NCBI GenBank assembly: GCA_048886685.1
Contig: JBHLKM010000005.1
Location: 106,958-170,957, forward strand
Origin: Candidatus Hodarchaeota archaeon
GTDB taxonomy: Archaea; Asgardarchaeota; Lokiarchaeia; Sigyniarchaeales; SOKP01
DNA: 64,000 nt
Reading direction: 5' to 3'
This document shows positions 58,315 to 64,000 of the stretch, piece by piece; the first letter of the stretch is position 1, and each line of letters starts with the position of its first letter. Below the pieces are notes generated by a model. That model was not told where the DNA came from and made no database searches. It worked only from the letters and a program-made list of their open reading frames with translations. A program made the position numbers and the translations under genes.

Positions 58315-58557
58315 TATTTAACCTCCTTAACCAATTCTATAATTTCATTCATTAATATAAAATTTATAATCATTTGGATTAAATTTTTTTAAGTTTCAAC
58401 TATTTTTTAAATCATTTAACTATATTTTTATTATTATTTATCACATATGAAATATGATTTTATTAAACTATGTTTCAAAGGAAATAAATATTGTCTTAAA
58501 AATTATTGTATAATATTTTGAAGTGAGTATTATTATAATTTTTTTAATAATAAGATC

Positions 58558-59286
58558 TTAATCCATTATTTCATTTAACAATGGTTCAAGTTCCTTATCA
58601 GAAAGAAATCCTTTAACGTCAACCAAATCTTTTATTTTTTTTATTAAAGTGAAAATAATTTCTGATTTTGCTATTTGAGCCTCAATCGATTCAACCCTTT
58701 TAATTTGATATGATGTCTTTCCTTTTTCAACTACCAAATTCTTTTTTAGGAATTCAATTTCTTTATCTCGTTGATCAATTATAGCTTTAGTGTTTTGAAT
58801 TACCTTTTCTTTCTCGAATAATTCTTTAACTTTATTTGACATCTCTTCTTCTTTAGATCGCATTTCTTTTTCTTTTAGCATCAATTTCTTTCCTAGATCC
58901 TCAGATTTCTTCACGATAAGTTTTAATTGACTTTCCAATGTTGTTATTTTTTTTGTAGATTCATTTAATTTTTTCTCTAAGTCAGAATTTGCTGCATTTA
59001 ATTGAGTTATCTTTATATCTGCATGAAGTTTCTCCTCTTGAATTTTATTAAGTGATTTTCTAGCCATAGATCTCTTTTCAGTAAGTTGAATCAAACTTTT
59101 TTCTCGACCTGCTAATTTTTTTTTTGTATTTTCTAATAGTTCTGCTTGTTTTTCCAATTCTTTAACTAGTTGGTCAATCTTTTGTTCTAAATCCTCATTT
59201 CTGGATCTAAACTCTAATAAAGTGTTACCTTCTATAGAAATCCTCTTTTTGGGATTTTCCTCTATTTTTGTCCAGTCTATACTCAT
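58558..59286 (-). CDS. Long coiled-coil protein (tandem paralogue)
   Basis: MSIDWTK...IEG head, EEKLHAD mid-motif, KGFLSDKE tail. Confidence 0.8.
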   Translation of the reverse strand: MSIDWTKIEENPKKRISIEGNTLLEFRSRNEDLEQKIDQLVKELEKQAELLENTKKKLAGREKSLIQLTEKRSMARKSLNKIQEEKLHADIKITQLNAANSDLEKKLNESTKKITTLESQLKLIVKKSEDLGKKLMLKEKEMRSKEEEMSNKVKELFEKEKVIQNTKAIIDQRDKEIEFLKKNLVVEKGKTSYQIKRVESIEAQIAKSEIIFTLIKKIKDLVDVKGFLSDKELEPLLNEIMD

Positions 59287-59456
59287 ATCAATTCACTAAT
59301 CTTATTTTTAAAAAGTTTAATAATTATGATTTGATTTATTTTCAACTTTACTTCTTTATTAAATCTATAAAATTAAATTAATTTTTCATAAAAAATAATT
59401 ATTTTAGTGAAAAAGTATTGATTATACAAGATTAAATAGGGAAAGATCTTTTTCAC

Positions 59457-60260
59457 ATGGTTAAGATTGAAATTGGGACAGCTGGATGGGATTATAAAGA
59501 CTGGATTGGATCTTTTTACCCAAAAAAGTTAAAGAGAGTTCATCATTTAGAATATTTCTCTAAGTATTTTAACATTGTTGAGATAAATTCTACTTTTTAT
59601 AATCTTCCCTCTATTGATATGGTTAATAATTGGAAATTACGTGTTCCAGCAAATTTTCGTTTCATTGTTAAGATATGGCAAAGGATTACACATAATCTTG
59701 ATGATCCTGATTTAGATTTATACATCGAAAATTTTTTTTCTACTTTAGCATTTTTGGATGAAAAAATTAAAGCATTTTTATTACAATTTCCCCCTTGGTT
59801 TAAATTTTCAGAAAATAATTTTAATAAATTGAAATCACTAATTAAAGCACTTTCTACAGACTATAATTATATTCTTGAATTAAGACACAATTCTTGGTTT
59901 AGTCTAGAAATTCTTTCTAAACTTATTGATGGACATAATCAAATACTTGGAACAACATATATGCCCGGAATTATCCCTTACTATATGGAACATCAAAAAT
60001 ATTATTATATTAGGTTGATTGGAGATAGAAAACTCACTGTTTTTAACCGGATTCAAAGAGATCAAAAGATTGCCTTAAATGACCTTTATAAAAACATTCA
60101 AAATTTAATGAACACACCTGAGATATATGAAATCTTCATCATCGTCAACAACCATTTTCAAGGTTCGGCTCCTGAAAGTGTAAATAATTTAAGAAAGTAT
60201 TTTGGAATACCATTCCATAGTTTTAACCATCAAAAATCCTTAACTGAATTTATAAAATAA
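59457..60260 (+). CDS. DUF72 family protein
   Basis: IGTAGWDY..W..FYP, VEINSTFY, LLQFPP, ELRHNSW, YIRLIG, NNH. Confidence 0.92.
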   Translation: MVKIEIGTAGWDYKDWIGSFYPKKLKRVHHLEYFSKYFNIVEINSTFYNLPSIDMVNNWKLRVPANFRFIVKIWQRITHNLDDPDLDLYIENFFSTLAFLDEKIKAFLLQFPPWFKFSENNFNKLKSLIKALSTDYNYILELRHNSWFSLEILSKLIDGHNQILGTTYMPGIIPYYMEHQKYYYIRLIGDRKLTVFNRIQRDQKIALNDLYKNIQNLMNTPEIYEIFIIVNNHFQGSAPESVNNLRKYFGIPFHSFNHQKSLTEFIK

Positions 60261-60361
60261 AATCCTTTAATCCTAAAAACTGAGACCAATAACTCTTTTA
60301 GATATTTAAATCGCTCTTTTGAATAAGAAAATTTAAATATTTTAAGTCTGACTAATTTTTT

Positions 60362-61627
60362 ATGGATATCATTGATAATTTAAAGAAAATAGGCAAAAAT
60401 TGGAGATTAGCTACACTTGTAATTTGGTTGTTGGTAGGAGTGGCGATAATCCCTTATCCTAATCGTATAGTTTCGGGTATAGGAATTTTGATTTTTCTTC
60501 CATTTTTAGTATTCTTAATGTTCCTATTTTTACTATCTCTAATCTCTAAAAAAAATATCTTTGAATATTCACCATGGAAAGTCATATTGTTTCTTATAAT
60601 ATCTTTACCAATAATGCTCTTAATATCAATAGTCTTAATCATCTTGTTTGCTATTTCAATTATCACCTATTTCTTTTTTGTGAGTTGGTTCATCTTTTAT
60701 GGTTGTTATTTACTCGGAAAAAGAATAGATGATAAATTGATCTCAGATGGAGGGAGGAAGCGCTTTTTAAGAGTTCTAATTTTTTTCGGGGGATTGGCTG
60801 CTTCATTGTCATGTTTGTATCTCTTTATAATAGGTCCTGATTTATTTGATTTTTCCATTATACTCAAAACCCCTATTGAGGATAAATTCCCATGGTGGTT
60901 AAACATAATTTATATGATAGTAGGAGGTGTACTCGTATCACTAGCAATTATCTGTATAGTATATATGTTCAAAAAGAGTTTTAATGGATGGTTTGGTATA
61001 TTTGCTATTTTAGTTTCATTCTATACATTGTTTTTAGTTATGAAAATTTATATGGGTTTAGTCAGTTTAGTTGGCACTGGTACAGATCCAGAAGAAATAG
61101 CTTCTATTTGGGCATATTTGGGTATAATTATCCCTGATCTCTTTATAATATTTTATTCTCTCAGCACGCTTATGGGTTCGCAAGCTGAACTTCTAAGCAA
61201 AAGGATAAAAAGATTTGGGACTGATACAATAATCATTTGGCTAATTCTTTCTAAAGTTGCATATGAATTTATTCATTACTTCCCTTATAATATCCTTGAA
61301 GATGTTAATATTCCTTGGATTCCTTGGATAAGTGAAATAAGTTATTTAGATGACACACAAATTAATTACTGGAAAAATATTGCTGTTTTAGTATTCTTCA
61401 TCGTGGTATTGGTTGTTATTGGGATCTATGAAATTCGTAAATATTATAGGGTGCAAAAAATACCAATGGAAAAAGGGTTAGATGAAGAAAAAGAAATTTC
61501 CTTGCCAGAGCTTACTACATACGAGCCTCAACCAAATGTTGCAGAAGATAGTCTAGAAAGTTTGGATTCTGATAATTATGAAGAAGAAAGCGGCGATCAT
61601 TTTGAAGAAAGTAACAATAATTTCTAA
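60362..61627 (+). CDS. Multi-pass membrane protein with an acidic C-terminal tail
   Basis: About 9-10 hydrophobic segments and an Asp/Glu-rich tail. Confidence 0.7.
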   Translation: MDIIDNLKKIGKNWRLATLVIWLLVGVAIIPYPNRIVSGIGILIFLPFLVFLMFLFLLSLISKKNIFEYSPWKVILFLIISLPIMLLISIVLIILFAISIITYFFFVSWFIFYGCYLLGKRIDDKLISDGGRKRFLRVLIFFGGLAASLSCLYLFIIGPDLFDFSIILKTPIEDKFPWWLNIIYMIVGGVLVSLAIICIVYMFKKSFNGWFGIFAILVSFYTLFLVMKIYMGLVSLVGTGTDPEEIASIWAYLGIIIPDLFIIFYSLSTLMGSQAELLSKRIKRFGTDTIIIWLILSKVAYEFIHYFPYNILEDVNIPWIPWISEISYLDDTQINYWKNIAVLVFFIVVLVVIGIYEIRKYYRVQKIPMEKGLDEEKEISLPELTTYEPQPNVAEDSLESLDSDNYEEESGDHFEESNNNF

Positions 61628-61807
61628 CTAACATCAATATTTTTTATTTAAAACAACCTTCTTTTTTTTTTACATAGTAAATGAATGAGAAATACATTAA
61701 TAGCTTATGATTTGATTAAAAATTAAAAATTCTCTATAGATTAATAGTTTAATAATTAGTTTTATTAAACAAATAATCAAAAAGTATCATACTTAAATTC
61801 TATTTCC

Positions 61808-62335
61808 GTGATTATAATGAGTAGTTATGAATCAAATGTTGAGGAACTGTTTCTTGAAAAATTTGAAAAGTTAGCATTAAGAGTTGAACAATTAACAGAT
61901 GAAATCTCTAAAATGAAAGTGAAATTAGATAAAAATTATAAGCTTAATAGAACATTTGGCTTAAAATCGATAAGAAATTCCGAACCTTTAAATTTTGCTA
62001 AAAATATTATCGGAATAGGAAGCCCTACTAAAAGATACATACTATCCCTAAGAGCTATTACTGAAGAATGGAAAGGAAGGAAGAATGACATATTAGTAAC
62101 AATTAGACAACAAGAAAAGGAGACGCATATGGATTTAAAGGCTCTTGGAATTAGAATTCCAATCCATGATATCAAGAGTATTTCAATGTTAGCCAAAGAA
62201 GTTATATCTCTTCTCTATATCTCATGTGATTTAAATGGAACGGCTATTAATGAAATACTTAGGGATATTATTACTGAGATAAATGACAATGGATATAAGA
62301 TGGTTCAAGAAATTAAACAGAAAATGGTTTTTTAG
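61808..62335 (+). CDS. Hypothetical protein with an N-terminal coiled coil
   Basis: 175-aa ORF; no motif recognised. Confidence 0.6.
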   Translation: MIIMSSYESNVEELFLEKFEKLALRVEQLTDEISKMKVKLDKNYKLNRTFGLKSIRNSEPLNFAKNIIGIGSPTKRYILSLRAITEEWKGRKNDILVTIRQQEKETHMDLKALGIRIPIHDIKSISMLAKEVISLLYISCDLNGTAINEILRDIITEINDNGYKMVQEIKQKMVF

Positions 62336-62535
62336 CAAGCCATTTAGATTTTCATTAAATTAACTATTTGTTTTGAGATATTTGATACTGAAACCATAGT
62401 TTTGCGAAATTTTATACCAATTTCACTCTATGTTAGAGATGAAAATTTTAATAGTTAATTTAAATGTTATGAGATTAATTTTATTGAATAATCAATAAAA
62501 TGAAATTTTAATGATAAAATCAAGTTGAAAAGAAT

Positions 62536-63324
62536 TTGGATTATGAAGATATAATTTTCGAAATAAAAGATCGTATTGCGCGAATAACTATTAATCGCCC
62601 TGAAGTTTATAATGCATGTACGCAAAGGACAGTTCATGAATTAATTGACGCATTTAACAAGTGCATAAGCAACGAAATAGGCGTTGTAGTTTTTACGGGA
62701 ATTGGAGAAAAAGCTTTCTGTACAGGTGGGGATCAAACTACTCGCGAAAAAGGGGGATATAAAGGAGGAGATATGCTACCACTTGAAGTAGGCTGGCAAC
62801 GAGTTACGCTTTTAATACGTACTTTACCTAAACCCGTTATAGCTCGAGTGAATGGATATGCTATAGGAGGTGGACATGTTTGGCATGTGAATTGCGATCT
62901 CAGTATTGCCGCGGAACATGCACAATTAGGACAAGCAGGACCTCGCGTTGGATCCTTTGATCCCGGTTATGGAACCGGTGATTTAATGCGTGCCGTTGGT
63001 ATTAAACGTGCAAAAGAAATTTGGTATCTATGTCGACGTTACACTGCCCAACAAGCTTTAGAAATGGGATTAGTTAATGCAGTTGTACCTATGGAAAAAT
63101 TGGATAAGGAAGTAGATCAATGGTGCCAAGAGTTATTAGAGAAAAGCCCTACAGCCTTAAAAATGCTAAAGTATGCTTTTTTAGCAGAAACAGATGGTGT
63201 TACTGGTGTTACACAGCTTGGTGTTGGCGGATTATCACTTTATTATGGTACTGATGAGGCTGTGGAAGGAAAAAATGCATTTTTAGAAAAACGGAAACCA
63301 GACTTTAATCAATTTAGAAAATAG
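62536..63324 (+). CDS. Crotonase-family enzyme, MenB/BadI-like
   Basis: ITINRPEVYNA, FCTGGDQ, YAIGGGHV, GPRVGSFDPGYG, LYYGTDEAVEG. Confidence 0.85.
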   Translation: MDYEDIIFEIKDRIARITINRPEVYNACTQRTVHELIDAFNKCISNEIGVVVFTGIGEKAFCTGGDQTTREKGGYKGGDMLPLEVGWQRVTLLIRTLPKPVIARVNGYAIGGGHVWHVNCDLSIAAEHAQLGQAGPRVGSFDPGYGTGDLMRAVGIKRAKEIWYLCRRYTAQQALEMGLVNAVVPMEKLDKEVDQWCQELLEKSPTALKMLKYAFLAETDGVTGVTQLGVGGLSLYYGTDEAVEGKNAFLEKRKPDFNQFRK

Positions 63325-63332
63325 TGAGAATT

Positions 63333-64000
63333 ATGGATATAAAAAATGTATGCGTAATCGGAGCAGGGATTATGGGATCTGGAATTGCCCAATTAATAGC
63401 AACTCATGGTTATGATGTAATATTAGTTGATATTAGTGAGGAGTTATTATTAAAAGCCAAAAATTCGATCGAAACTAATTTAGAGAGGTTTTTTGTTGCT
63501 AAAAACAAAATAACTAAAGAGGAAGCAGAAAAAATCTTAAATAGAATTAGTTTAAATGTGAATACACAGGAAGCAGTTAAAGATGTTCAAATAGTAATTG
63601 AAGCTGTTTTTGAGGATATGAAGTTAAAACAGCGATTATTCTCTGAATTAGATACATGGTGTAGTAAAGATGTAATACTTGCGTCGAATACATCATCATT
63701 AAGTATTACAGATATTGCCTTAAAATCTAAAAATCAAGAAAGGATAATAGGAATCCATTTCTTCAATCCAGCGCCTGTAATGAAATTGATTGAATTAATA
63801 AAGGGAAAGAATACTTCTGATGAAATAGTGGACACATCAAAAAAATTTTCTGAAAACTTGAATAAGACAGTAGTAACTGTGAATGATTCACCTGGATTCG
63901 TAACAACTCGACTTATTTATGTTTTATGTAATGAAGCAATTAATTTATTTACAAAAGGAATTGCTAGTGCTAAGGATATAGATACTGCATGTAAGTTAGC
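63333..64000 (+). CDS. 3-hydroxyacyl-CoA dehydrogenase, runs off the window end
   Basis: Not in the ORF track. Manual translation gives VIGAGIMGSGIA, IEAVFED, ASNTSSLSI, HFFNPAPVMKLIE, DSPGF. Confidence 0.93.
   Translation, partial: MDIKNVCVIGAGIMGSGIAQLIATHGYDVILVDISEELLLKAKNSIETNLERFFVAKNKITKEEAEKILNRISLNVNTQEAVKDVQIVIEAVFEDMKLKQRLFSELDTWCSKDVILASNTSSLSITDIALKSKNQERIIGIHFFNPAPVMKLIELIKGKNTSDEIVDTSKKFSENLNKTVVTVNDSPGFVTTRLIYVLCNEAINLFTKGIASAKDIDTACKL

Noticed and set aside
57580-59286. Coiled-coil pair as the missing chemoreceptors or as ESCRT-III/SMC proteins
   Set aside because: No MCP hairpin-tip motif, no Walker motifs and no recognisable Snf7 pattern
3573-62196. Many short ORFs overlapping longer genes (e.g. 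3573-3827, 12762-12992, 24273-24554, 26029-26304, 35674-36042, 49396-49647, 61936-62196)
   Set aside because: They lie antisense to or inside well-supported genes and have no recognisable motifs

Overview
AT-rich archaeal window, very probably from a Lokiarchaeia (Asgard) genome. The evidence is a proteasome beta subunit, aCPSF1, an EF-2 paralogue lacking the diphthamide loop, longin/roadblock proteins, a Rab-like GTPase, a gelsolin-domain protein and ITPK1-like kinases. The standout is a ~15.4 kb co-oriented chemosensory operon (22779-38210: cheW, cheY, cheA, cheW-cheC-cheC fusion, cheR, cheB, cheD, cheC, cheB). It is interleaved with eukaryotic-signature genes: a longin protein, a gelsolin-domain protein whose stop overlaps the cheR start, and a roadblock-small GTPase fusion. 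No chemoreceptor, CheF or archaellum gene is present in the window, which suggests a Che pathway that outputs to an actin/GTPase system. Other points: an inositol-phosphate cluster (inositol-1-phosphate synthase, four ITPK1-like ATP-grasp proteins, a HAD phosphatase with a polybasic tail, a decayed MFS gene), a UFL1/DDRGK1-like winged-helix repeat protein, tRNA-Gly(CCC), tRNA-Gln(CTG) with a D-loop insertion, two intergenic long hairpins and several tandem paralogue pairs. All assignments come from motifs read by eye; no database search was run.
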